IMG/VR virus record: IMGVR_UViG_3300031673_000039
Location: 1-61,707 of that record
DNA: 61,707 nt
Direction: 5' to 3' (one strand)
Source: a virus
The stretch's first letter is position 1. Each line of letters starts with the position of its first letter. The notes beneath the pieces are model-generated. The model made no database searches and was not told where the DNA came from. It saw nothing but the letters and a program-made list of their open reading frames with translations. Positions 1 through 7,201 of this stretch are shown one piece after another. A program made the translations under genes and the position numbers.

Positions 1-427
1 TTGGCGCCGGCAAGGTAGGCACTGATAAGGTAGGCACTGACAAGGTTGGCGCCGGCAAGGTTGGCACCGTCAAGGTTGGCGCCGGCAAGGTAGGCACCGT
101 CAAGGTTGGCATGGACAAGGTTGGCACTGACAAGGCTGGCGCCGGCAAGGTTGGCATGGTCAAGGTTGGCACCGTCAAGGCTGGCGCCGGCAAGGTTGGC
201 ACTGACAAGGCTGGCACGGTCAAGGTTGGCACCGTCAAGGTTGGCACGGTCAAGGTTGGCACGGTCAAGGTTGGCGCCGGCAAGGTAGGCACTGATAAGG
301 TAGGCACTGACAAGGTTGGCGCCGGCAAGGTTGGCACCGTCAAGGTTGGCGCCGGCAAGGTAGGCACCGTCAAGGTTGGCGCCGGCAAGGTAGGCGCCGG
401 CAAGGTAGGCGCCGGCAAGGTTGGCAT
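1..427 (-). repeat. 15-nt tandem repeat array (coding part of the pentapeptide-repeat gene), continues at 61575..61707
   Basis: Units such as ggcgccggcaaggtt, ggcaccgtcaaggtt and ggcactgacaaggta are repeated head to tail. When circularised, 61601-61632 plus 1-110 is an exact 142-nt copy of 239-380. Confidence 0.9.
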
Positions 428-530
428 GGTCTTTAACCCCAGCCTCCAAAGTAATCTTTACGCTATTTTCTTCGGCTTCGTGCGAAAAAAGTACCGCGCC
501 GTCAAACCTTGCTTTAATCTCGATTTTCAT
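1..530 (-). CDS. Pentapeptide-repeat protein, N-terminal part (gene crosses the window junction; C-terminal part at 61350..61707)
   Basis: Minus-strand ATG at 528-530 behind an [45 protein letters not shown] is followed by tandem A(N/Y/S)LxGA-type pentapeptides ([25 protein letters not shown]). The frame runs off nt 1 and closes in phase with 61350..61707 once the 75-nt overlap is merged (813 nt, 270 aa). Confidence 0.8.
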   Translation of the reverse strand, partial: MKIEIKARFDGAVLFSHEAEENSVKITLEAGVKDHANLAGAYLAGAYLAGANLDGAYLAGANLDGANLAGANLVSAYLISAYLAGANLDRANLDRANLDGANLDRASLVSANLAGASLDGANLDHANLAGASLVSANLVHANLDGAYLAGANLDGANLAGANLVSAYLISAYLAGA

Positions 531-622
531 AATTCCCTCTTGGTTGTTTAGTCGTGCGGTGAATCTGTAAAGCCATTAGTGAGTGTGGCCGGATTATTCT
601 GGTACCGATTGGAGCAGTTCTT

Positions 623-913
623 TTATTTCTTATCTCCATATGTTTCAATTCTGGCTACCAGGGCCATGCCGGTGTCTTTGTCAATCAGGGGTTCTTCGTT
701 CAGGATGGTAATCAGGTTGGCCTCCTGGTGCCACTGCAGTTTCTGGGCAAGATGTTCTGCTTCCCGTGCTTCCTCGCGCTGGTCGATGACTGCGACGATT
801 GTGTATGCGGTCAGGATTACAGTAGCGAGCATGATGGTGCTGCCGAGGGCGCGCCAGTTGCGGCGGTAGAGATTGTATCTACGCCATGGCTTGCGGAGTT
901 TGGTGGGTTTCAT
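623..913 (-). CDS. Small membrane-anchored hypothetical protein (96 aa)
   Basis: ATG at 911-913 with an AAGGAA RBS. One hydrophobic helix (ALGSTIMLATVILTAYTIVAVI). Confidence 0.6.
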   Translation of the reverse strand: MKPTKLRKPWRRYNLYRRNWRALGSTIMLATVILTAYTIVAVIDQREEAREAEHLAQKLQWHQEANLITILNEEPLIDKDTGMALVARIETYGDKK

Positions 914-945
914 GGTTAGGTTCCTTAATCTGATGAATGATTAAA

Positions 946-3306
946 TTACTTCACGGCCTTTAATTTAGTCTTGCTGGGGAACTTGCTGACCATGTATGCG
1001 CGGTCGTTGTCGGTGATGTTCCAGTTAATCTCTAAGCCGCGGAAGACTTCTTCGCCGTTGCGGATGACCTTGATGTCTAGTCCATGGTGGCGCAGCATCT
1101 TGCTGAACTTGTAAGCGCCGTCCGGTGCTGAGCCTGTGCAGTGTTTAAAGACACAGTGCAGCTCGTCACGAGTGAATTTGTTTTGCTTTTCATATAGGAT
1201 ACGTTTGAGGATGTCTACATACATGCTGGCGGTGTAGCTGCCGCCATTAGCTTGTTCATGCATGGTGGCTGCATCCGGTAGGGCGTCCAGCAGGGTGCCG
1301 AAGTCTCCTTCTTTAAGTGCGTTAGCGGTGGCGTCCAGGCTGGTGATGCCCAGGTGCTGGATGGCGGTGCGCTCTTCTGTCTGCAGGATGGTTCGTGCTG
1401 CTTCTGCGTTGGTAGCGCGGTGTTGTAGATGATGGGCAAAGGCGCTGAGTTCTTTGTCTGAGCCTATGGCGGTGACGACTTTCTCTGAGGGGAGGTAGCG
1501 CTCGGTCTGGTAGCTGCCGACGTTGTAGCGTCGGTCACCGACAGGAATGTGTACGGGCTGGTTCTTGTTGCTGGCGAAGATAAAGCCCGTGAAATTGTTG
1601 ACCATGTAGGCATCGGTACGCATGCGGCGGATGGTGATACTGGGTTCGGTGATTAGGTTCCGCATGTCGCTTTCGATGCCCTTGGCATTGGTGAACATGT
1701 CGGCGTCGATCTCGTCGACGAAGACGATCAGGGCATTTTCCATCCAGCCGTTGAACTTTTCGTTGAATTCAGAGGCACGCATGGCATGTACGTGCTTGCG
1801 TCCGAAGAGGGGCATGAGCACTTTGTTGATCAGCATGCCCTTCCCAGTCCCATACGTCCCATGAAGTATCCATGCGGTCTGAGGTTTCTGCCTGGTCTGG
1901 AACATGTAGGCCAGCCAGTCCAGGAAGGCTGCTTGTACTTCCTTGGTACCTACCGCGCTATCGAGGAGTTCCTGAATGTTAGGGAAAGGAGCACTGCGCT
2001 GGTTGTCTTCGTGCATGTAGTGGCTGGGCGTGAAGGTGTTGATGATGTGGTCAACAGGGTCATACACTGTGGGGTTGAGCGGGTCGAACTTGAGTTGCCA
2101 CTCGGGGACGAAATCACCTAATGGTCTTCCGTGGCCCTTGAGGAAGTCTTCGATCTGAACTCGGTTCTTGGCGCGGTGGATCTCAAGGTGCTTGCTCCCT
2201 TCATTCCAGGTACCTTTATAGTAGTCCCCCGTGGCTTTGTCGCAGAAGGCGAGTAGAGTGTCGCCGGTTTCATTGGGTGTGGTGTTGGCCGAGCTGGCTG
2301 CGTGCATGCGTTCGGCGTAGTAGCGGGGGAGGATGTCTTTGATGTAGGGGAATGCCTCACCCTTGAAGTTGTGGAGTAGTTTCAGATTACCGCGTGGGTG
2401 GAAGTAGCCCTTGCTGTTACCGCCATTCAGATTGAAATAAATGAAGTCACTGAGGCCATCGTCGAAGACTTCATAGTGGGTGATTTCGCCTACCCCGCGT
2501 TGGGTTTCATGTTCGCCGTCCATGGTAGTTTTGATGTTGAGTTTGTCCATCCCTGCTGCGATGCGCAGGTTGTTGACGATAGTCCGAGCTTCTTTTTTCA
2601 GAGTGTCTAGTGGGCGTAGGACAATCTTGGTTACATCCAGGGTGAGTTGCACCTTGGGTACCAGTTGTACGCGCTCACTGGGGGGAATAGGGCTCTTCAT
2701 GTTATTGAAGATGGGTTCAGCGATATAGATCAGTTTGTCGTTCTGGCATACGGTGATGTCCAGTGGCCAGTGTAGGGCGTGGCCGGCAGGTGCTAAGGTA
2801 AGTGTATCCTTGAGCACGGTGATGGTGAGGTTGAGGTGCATTAGCCAGGCCTTGAGTTCAGGTGCTGGTCGTGGACTGCTTAACCATACAAAGATGTGGC
2901 AGGATAGAGTTTTGTCTTTGGGATCGAGCTTATAACTGCTGCTGTATTGCACGACATAGGCTACATGGTCCATGCCTATGGATTTCATGAATTCATCGGG
3001 GTTGTTGAATTGTGCACGATCCAGATCGAAGCAGATGAAGTGTGTGGTTGTTTCGGTGCGTGTGGCGCCGGCGCGGGATTCATCGTTCAGCTTGCGTTCG
3101 AGTTTGCCCTTGAGCAAGCAGGGTTTAGCTGCCGTCATGGACTGGGCTTTGATGTGTTTGAACAGATCGTTGAGGTTGTTGGCCTTCAGGTTCAGGCTGG
3201 TGAAGTTTTTGCGGTGGGGGTAGGCTTCTTTATGGAGACTACCGTCTTTGAGTTTTGTTATTGTTTTTGTCAACGGGGCATCCGTCGATAGGAATGTCAG
3301 GTCCAT
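946..3306 (-). CDS. Bifunctional primase-polymerase (AEP-like N-terminus) / SF3 D5-P4-type helicase
   Basis: 786-aa ORF. DxD motif FICFDLDR and downstream SCHIFVW resemble archaeo-eukaryotic primases. Walker A GTYGTGKG and Walker B VFVDEID resemble SF3 helicases. Confidence 0.8.
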   Translation of the reverse strand: MDLTFLSTDAPLTKTITKLKDGSLHKEAYPHRKNFTSLNLKANNLNDLFKHIKAQSMTAAKPCLLKGKLERKLNDESRAGATRTETTTHFICFDLDRAQFNNPDEFMKSIGMDHVAYVVQYSSSYKLDPKDKTLSCHIFVWLSSPRPAPELKAWLMHLNLTITVLKDTLTLAPAGHALHWPLDITVCQNDKLIYIAEPIFNNMKSPIPPSERVQLVPKVQLTLDVTKIVLRPLDTLKKEARTIVNNLRIAAGMDKLNIKTTMDGEHETQRGVGEITHYEVFDDGLSDFIYFNLNGGNSKGYFHPRGNLKLLHNFKGEAFPYIKDILPRYYAERMHAASSANTTPNETGDTLLAFCDKATGDYYKGTWNEGSKHLEIHRAKNRVQIEDFLKGHGRPLGDFVPEWQLKFDPLNPTVYDPVDHIINTFTPSHYMHEDNQRSAPFPNIQELLDSAVGTKEVQAAFLDWLAYMFQTRQKPQTAWILHGTYGTGKGMLINKVLMPLFGRKHVHAMRASEFNEKFNGWMENALIVFVDEIDADMFTNAKGIESDMRNLITEPSITIRRMRTDAYMVNNFTGFIFASNKNQPVHIPVGDRRYNVGSYQTERYLPSEKVVTAIGSDKELSAFAHHLQHRATNAEAARTILQTEERTAIQHLGITSLDATANALKEGDFGTLLDALPDAATMHEQANGGSYTASMYVDILKRILYEKQNKFTRDELHCVFKHCTGSAPDGAYKFSKMLRHHGLDIKVIRNGEEVFRGLEINWNITDNDRAYMVSKFPSKTKLKAVK

Positions 3307-3342
3307 GGGTTCACCTCGGTAACTCTGGGATGCTCTGAGCTG

Positions 3343-3364
3343 AATCGCACAGATTGTGAAAGAG
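3343..3364 (-). promoter_or_regulatory. Copy of the recurrent CTCTnnCACAATCTG motif, about 40 nt upstream of the primase-helicase start
   Basis: The minus strand reads CTCTTTCACAATCTGTGCGATT. By hand alignment it matches the best plus-strand copy (19899-19920) at 16 of 22 positions. Confidence 0.4.
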
Positions 3365-3840
3365 TGTACGCTTGAATAATTAATGTGTGAAGATGTGTGC
3401 TAGATGAATATTTGGTGATGCTGAATACTGAAACATTTTGTATTGAACAGATAAACAATCTGTTTGTGAATAGTAAACAGATTGTGCAAAAACAGGGGTG
3501 TTTAAAAAGCTCAAAAAGACTCGATGTTTCACATTTTAGAAGATGTATTTAAGACTCCACTTAAAATGATATTGGGTGACTGTTTTACTCGGGTATTATG
3601 TTACGAATTAAAGTGTCACATTTGGTCAAAGTGAAACAGAAAGTGAAACAGGCTATGAAGTCAATGTTTACAGGGGTTGGATGGTTATTTATATACTAAA
3701 TGTTACACTGTTACAGATTTTTAGGTCTACTTTGTACTGTAACTATTACTAATAATAAATATATAGCTGTATATATAGGTTGAAGTTTTAAAATGTGTAA
3801 CAGGTGTAACTTTTTCGTCCCATAGTTTCTTGCGGATGTT

Positions 3841-3871
3841 AAAAATGACCACCGCGATGAACTGCGATGGT
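3841..3871 (-). terminator. Rho-independent terminator candidate after gene 3880..4872
   Basis: Minus strand: ACCAUCGC-AGUUCAU-GCGGUGGU hairpin (one G-U pair) followed by CAUUUUU. Confidence 0.55.
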
Positions 3872-3879
3872 CGTGTTGG

Positions 3880-4872
3880 TTAACTGAAATGAGTTGTGGT
3901 GCATGCCCCCGGTGCCATGTTTTGTTTCTGCAACGATTGGCCGGGGACTTTCAACGCTTGTGCTTCTTGCCATGCCTGGAACTTTGTGAAGGTATCGAAT
4001 TGTGCCGCCATGTTATGCGCAGGCTGAGTAGGTTGAATGTCTTCGATGACTTCGTCAGGAACGACGGCTTCTTCTGGAACGACACCGCCGAGTGCAACGA
4101 TGGCTTTCTCGATGAACGTCATGTCGCCTTCGGCTTCGAGACGCTGCTCGATGTCAGTGCGCCATGACAAGGTCTGACCGATCTTGATGCGACGCGTGAT
4201 CAGTTTCGCGATGCAGCGCTTGAGCAAGTTCTCGATGATGCGCTCGTCGATTGGCCCTTCGATTGGATCGAGACCTTCCAAAAACTGGACAGCGTACTCG
4301 CCCTTGGCCACGAAGCGCGCCATGGATTCCACCGCACGCGTAGTTTCCTGCGTGACGTAGTCGGCCATGGTCTGGCCATAGTTCTTCAGGCCGAGACGCT
4401 TGTTGTTGATGTACGTCCGCTTGTAGAGCATCGGGTCGATGACCTGCTGCGTCTCCATGAACTTGAGCGTGTTGAACAAAGTGCGCTCTTCGCCCTGCTC
4501 CATGCCGGCAGTGAGTTCCTCGTTCATGTCGAGCAAGTCCTGCCGCAGGTCGAGCAGCGCCTGAAGGTTGCGACGCGCCTCGTAGTAGTTGCCCGGCGTG
4601 GTCTCCACATCGTGACGCGAGGTCAAGCCCGCTTTGTCGCCGCGATCCGTGCCGTCGCCGAGATGGTTGCTGGCGTACTCGATGTCGAGCTTGAGATTGC
4701 GTTCCTCGTTCAGGAACAGCTCGATGGATTCATGAGTGGGATTGTCCGGGATGAGTTTCATCGCGCCGCGAATCGCTTCGGCGGTGACCACGTACTGCAT
4801 GCTGCCAAGGCAGGAGAGTTGCGAGTACAGGTCAACGGATTGGATGGTGCTGAGGATGGTGTGCTTATTCAT
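3880..4872 (-). CDS. Hypothetical protein (330 aa)
   Basis: Long ORF. The ATG at 4870-4872 sits 5 nt after AAGGAG. The track start (TTG at 4887) lacks an RBS. No motif recognised. Confidence 0.75.
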   Translation of the reverse strand: MNKHTILSTIQSVDLYSQLSCLGSMQYVVTAEAIRGAMKLIPDNPTHESIELFLNEERNLKLDIEYASNHLGDGTDRGDKAGLTSRHDVETTPGNYYEARRNLQALLDLRQDLLDMNEELTAGMEQGEERTLFNTLKFMETQQVIDPMLYKRTYINNKRLGLKNYGQTMADYVTQETTRAVESMARFVAKGEYAVQFLEGLDPIEGPIDERIIENLLKRCIAKLITRRIKIGQTLSWRTDIEQRLEAEGDMTFIEKAIVALGGVVPEEAVVPDEVIEDIQPTQPAHNMAAQFDTFTKFQAWQEAQALKVPGQSLQKQNMAPGACTTTHFS

Positions 4873-4917
4873 GTGAGTCTCCTTCAAAGTAAGTGGATAT
4901 GACGTTGGACTACAGGA

Positions 4918-5091
4918 TCAGTTGCGGTACTGCCGAGCGAACAACACCATGTCGTCCAGCTCGTCTTCCATTTCCCGCTGCAACAAAATGTTGAGCGGGT
5001 CGCTGCCCGTGTCCACCTGCGCGGACTCGAACAGCCAGGCTGCGGTGTCGGGATCAGCCGACAAGTCGGATTGATTGGTCACTAGCTTCAT
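4918..5091 (-). CDS. Small acidic hypothetical protein (57 aa, below the ORF-track cutoff)
   Basis: AGGAGGAAGC precedes the ATG at 5089-5091. Translation MKLVTNQSDLSADPDTAAWLFESAQVDTGSDPLNILLQREMEDELDDMVLFARQYRN. It fills the otherwise empty gap 4888-5053. Confidence 0.45.
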   Translation of the reverse strand: MKLVTNQSDLSADPDTAAWLFESAQVDTGSDPLNILLQREMEDELDDMVLFARQYRN

Positions 5092-5284
5092 GCTTCCTCC
5101 TTTCAGGATAAAAATCGGTGATGCGGTTCCAGCCCTGCTTCACAGCGTGGTCGCGGTAGTAGTCGTACTGCTGGCCGTGATTAAGCAGGGTGGACGGTGA
5201 GTCGCATTCAAAGGCGTGAGCGTGGAAGTGAGAAACGAGTACTTCACACGCTTCCGCGGTGAGTATGACAGGTGAGTATTTCAT
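5054..5284 (-). CDS. Hypothetical protein (76 aa)
   Basis: AGGAGG RBS. ATGA start/stop overlap with the upstream gene. Confidence 0.65.
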   Translation of the reverse strand: MKYSPVILTAEACEVLVSHFHAHAFECDSPSTLLNHGQQYDYYRDHAVKQGWNRITDFYPERRKHEASDQSIRLVG

Positions 5285-5520
5285 TTAGACCTCCTAAGCA
5301 TGCGCGGGAACACCACGCCGGCAAGTAAGGCTGCGATGGCCGCAGCGAAGCCGCCTGCCATGGTGCCGCCGTGCAGGCTGAACACCAGCCAGAACACGGA
5401 AGCCTCGATGAACAAGGCGAGGATGTGGCCGCTGACCAGCTTGCTCCACATCGACCAGAGGCCGATGAAGATCACAAGCCCGTACATCAGCGGCATGATG
5501 TCGAGATGCGGTATGAACAT
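5281..5520 (-). CDS. Small integral membrane protein (79 aa, about 3 TM segments)
   Basis: Hydrophobic sequence (LMYGLVIFIGLWSMW, ILALFIEASVFWLVFSL, GGFAAAIAALLAGVVF). Confidence 0.65.
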   Translation of the reverse strand: MFIPHLDIMPLMYGLVIFIGLWSMWSKLVSGHILALFIEASVFWLVFSLHGGTMAGGFAAAIAALLAGVVFPRMLRRSK

Positions 5521-5545
5521 GACGTAGTCCCTTATGTTGTAGTGC

Positions 5546-5580
5546 TAATAAAAGAAACGAGGCGGTTCGCACGCGCCTCG
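5546..5580 (-). terminator. Rho-independent terminator after gene 5587..5781
   Basis: Minus strand: CGAGGCG-N9-CGCCUCG followed by UUUCUUUUAUU. Confidence 0.7.
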
Positions 5581-5586
5581 AGTTGA

Positions 5587-5781
5587 CTACAGCTGGCCCT
5601 TGCGAACCGCTTCGTGGTAGGTGTAGCTAGCGCCGATGTCGCTGAAGAAACCGACGACGGCAGACGGAGCTGCACCGATGGTGATGGCGGCACGCTGAGT
5701 CAGTGTGGAGTCATTGCCTTTGGCAGTAACCTTGGTAGGGTTGATCTTGGCATTCGCTGCGCGCATTTGTTTGATGTTCAT
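5587..5781 (-). CDS. Hypothetical small protein (64 aa)
   Basis: AAGGAG RBS. ORF followed by a terminator. Confidence 0.6.
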   Translation of the reverse strand: MNIKQMRAANAKINPTKVTAKGNDSTLTQRAAITIGAAPSAVVGFFSDIGASYTYHEAVRKGQL

Positions 5782-6031
5782 GATGAAGCTCCTTGAAGTG
5801 AGAGCTAGATCGAGATTGATCTAACTACACATCAACCGCTTTACAGGTGCGCGGGTTCATGCGCACCCATAACTCGGAATACGAAACCGAATCCGAACTG
5901 GGTGGCCTGTTGGGAAGGGAGGGGGAGGGATGCCGAACGTCCATACTCAACAAATTTTCATGAAATATTTTTTCCAGAATATTTATGACGATGTTCTTCT
6001 GAAGAACCTGCCTTTTATTTTTTATAATTTT

Positions 6032-6280
6032 CTACAACTTTTTTCTACGGGTGATGCACACAATCGGAATATGAATCAATTCTCCGTATGGGGAGGACAT
6101 TCCGTCAGCGGAGGCATTCTGCGCCAGCACCAACTCATGCTTATTTTCTTTAACCAAGAACCCACATGAGCAACACTTGGCCGATCGGTTTCGCAAAGCC
6201 TCGATGTCCGCGCTCCTCTGCCAGCCACTTGTCGTCGAGCTGTCGATCCATTCCACGTAGAGTATTTTCTGCTTACTCAT
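6032..6280 (-). CDS. Hypothetical protein (82 aa)
   Basis: Start taken at MSKQKILYVEWIDS (ATG at 6278-6280), which overlaps the stop of the upstream gene by 8 nt. Confidence 0.55.
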   Translation of the reverse strand: MSKQKILYVEWIDSSTTSGWQRSADIEALRNRSAKCCSCGFLVKENKHELVLAQNASADGMSSPYGELIHIPIVCITRRKKL

Positions 6281-6464
6281 TTTTAAAATTCTCCCCACCC
6301 GGCTCGCCGAACTCATCCAGCACCAGGTGTTCAGTATCGAAGTGATTCAGCTCCGTGGTGGAGAGCGGGTACAGGTCTGACGCGGAGATAATTTCCTTCC
6401 TCGCCTCGTAGGACTTCGTCTGCTTCATGGTGTGCCTGACCCACCGGGTGTCTTTTGTGCTCAT
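6273..6464 (-). CDS. Hypothetical protein (63 aa), first gene of the leftward block divergent from terS
   Basis: GAGGAG RBS before the ATG at 6462-6464. Confidence 0.6.
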   Translation of the reverse strand: MSTKDTRWVRHTMKQTKSYEARKEIISASDLYPLSTTELNHFDTEHLVLDEFGEPGGENFKNE

Positions 6465-6505
6465 GGCTCTCTCCTCGTGTCATCGTCTACGTCATGTTTT
6501 GCAAA

Positions 6506-6527
6506 CTCTGACACACTCTGATAAAGT
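6506..6527 (+). promoter_or_regulatory. Recurrent motif copy / extended -10-like promoter candidate upstream of terS
   Basis: CTCTGACACACTCTGATAAAGT. TGaTAAAGT ends 8 nt before the terS ATG, and terS has no Shine-Dalgarno sequence, so the mRNA may be leaderless or have a very short leader. Confidence 0.45.
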
Positions 6528-6534
6528 GCGCAAC

Positions 6535-6981
6535 ATGGCCAGAAAGAAATCCACAATCATCCTTACCGAGAAGCAGGCAGTCTTCGTCGAGGCGATCCTC
6601 GACGGAAAACCCAACGGTAAAGCCATGGCCGAGGCGGGATATTCTCCGACACAACCTGCCACTACCGTGTTGCGTTCGCCCGATGTTGCATTTGCACTCG
6701 AGACGGCGCGCTCTGAACTCAGCTCGGCCGTGCAGATCAAGCGCGGCGACATGATTCAGGTGTTGGTAGAGGCGATCGACATGTCCAGGATGATGGCCGA
6801 CCCGATGGGAATGATTGCTGGCGCACGTGAGGTAGGGAAGATGTTGGGCCTATACGAGCCTGAGAAGAAGAGCATCGAGCTGACGACGAACCAGGCCCGC
6901 TTGCGCAGCATGTACGAAGCGCTGAGCGACGAAGAATTGCTGAACATCATTGAAGGAGAAAGCCGTGTCCTTGACTCGTGA
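6535..6981 (+). CDS. terS: Terminase small subunit
   Basis: MARKKSTIILTEKQAVFVEAILDGKPNGKAMAEAGYS... matches the LTxKQxxF...AGYS signature of Terminase_2-type small subunits. It sits immediately upstream of terL. Confidence 0.8.
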   Translation: MARKKSTIILTEKQAVFVEAILDGKPNGKAMAEAGYSPTQPATTVLRSPDVAFALETARSELSSAVQIKRGDMIQVLVEAIDMSRMMADPMGMIAGAREVGKMLGLYEPEKKSIELTTNQARLRSMYEALSDEELLNIIEGESRVLDS

Positions 6982-7201
6982 CGTAACTGAGCTTGACTTC
7001 AGACTTCCAGAAGTCCGTGACGCGAAACATGAGGACTACGAGTTTCGTGCTGACGGTGAGCTTGTTAGAAAAGACCGGTGGGAAACGGCCATTCGCCGTA
7101 TCGTGAGTGAGCTAGGGTTGAACCCTCGCCATTTCGAGATTAACGAGGTCAGTGATTGCGTCTGTAGGCTCAACTCCGATGATCGTTCCCGCCTTGTCTG
7201 A
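6965..7201 (+). CDS. Hypothetical protein (78 aa) between terS and terL
   Basis: GTG at 6965, 6 nt after GAAGGAG. Overlaps the terS end and the annotated terL start. Confidence 0.45.
   Translation: MSLTRDVTELDFRLPEVRDAKHEDYEFRADGELVRKDRWETAIRRIVSELGLNPRHFEINEVSDCVCRLNSDDRSRLV

Larger units (their letters stand above)
3307..3879. promoter_or_regulatory. AT-rich, repeat-dense intergenic region upstream of the primase-helicase gene (candidate ori and/or early control region)
   Basis: No ORF. GC content is visibly far below the rest of the genome. ACAGAT(TGT) occurs about 5 times including the palindrome AACAGAT-N5-ATCTGTT (3446-3464). GTGAAACA occurs 3 times (3527, 3631, 3644). GTTACA/TGTAAC occurs 5 times (3702-3809). 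A/T-only stretch at 3750-3778. Confidence 0.5.

Noticed and set aside
1-75. The terminal 75-nt repeat as a biological direct terminal repeat
   Set aside because: It lies inside a coding tandem-repeat array. Merging the ends restores an uninterrupted, in-frame gene. The length is typical of an assembler overlap. The sequence offers no independent evidence for physical ends here.
111-551. Plus-strand ORF encoding [12 protein letters not shown] repeats (146 aa), with a sister ORF at 106..288
   Set aside because: It is the antisense shadow of the minus-strand pentapeptide-repeat gene, which has a proper RBS, N-terminal cap and C-terminal domain. The plus-strand frames have no RBS and end in junk sequence.
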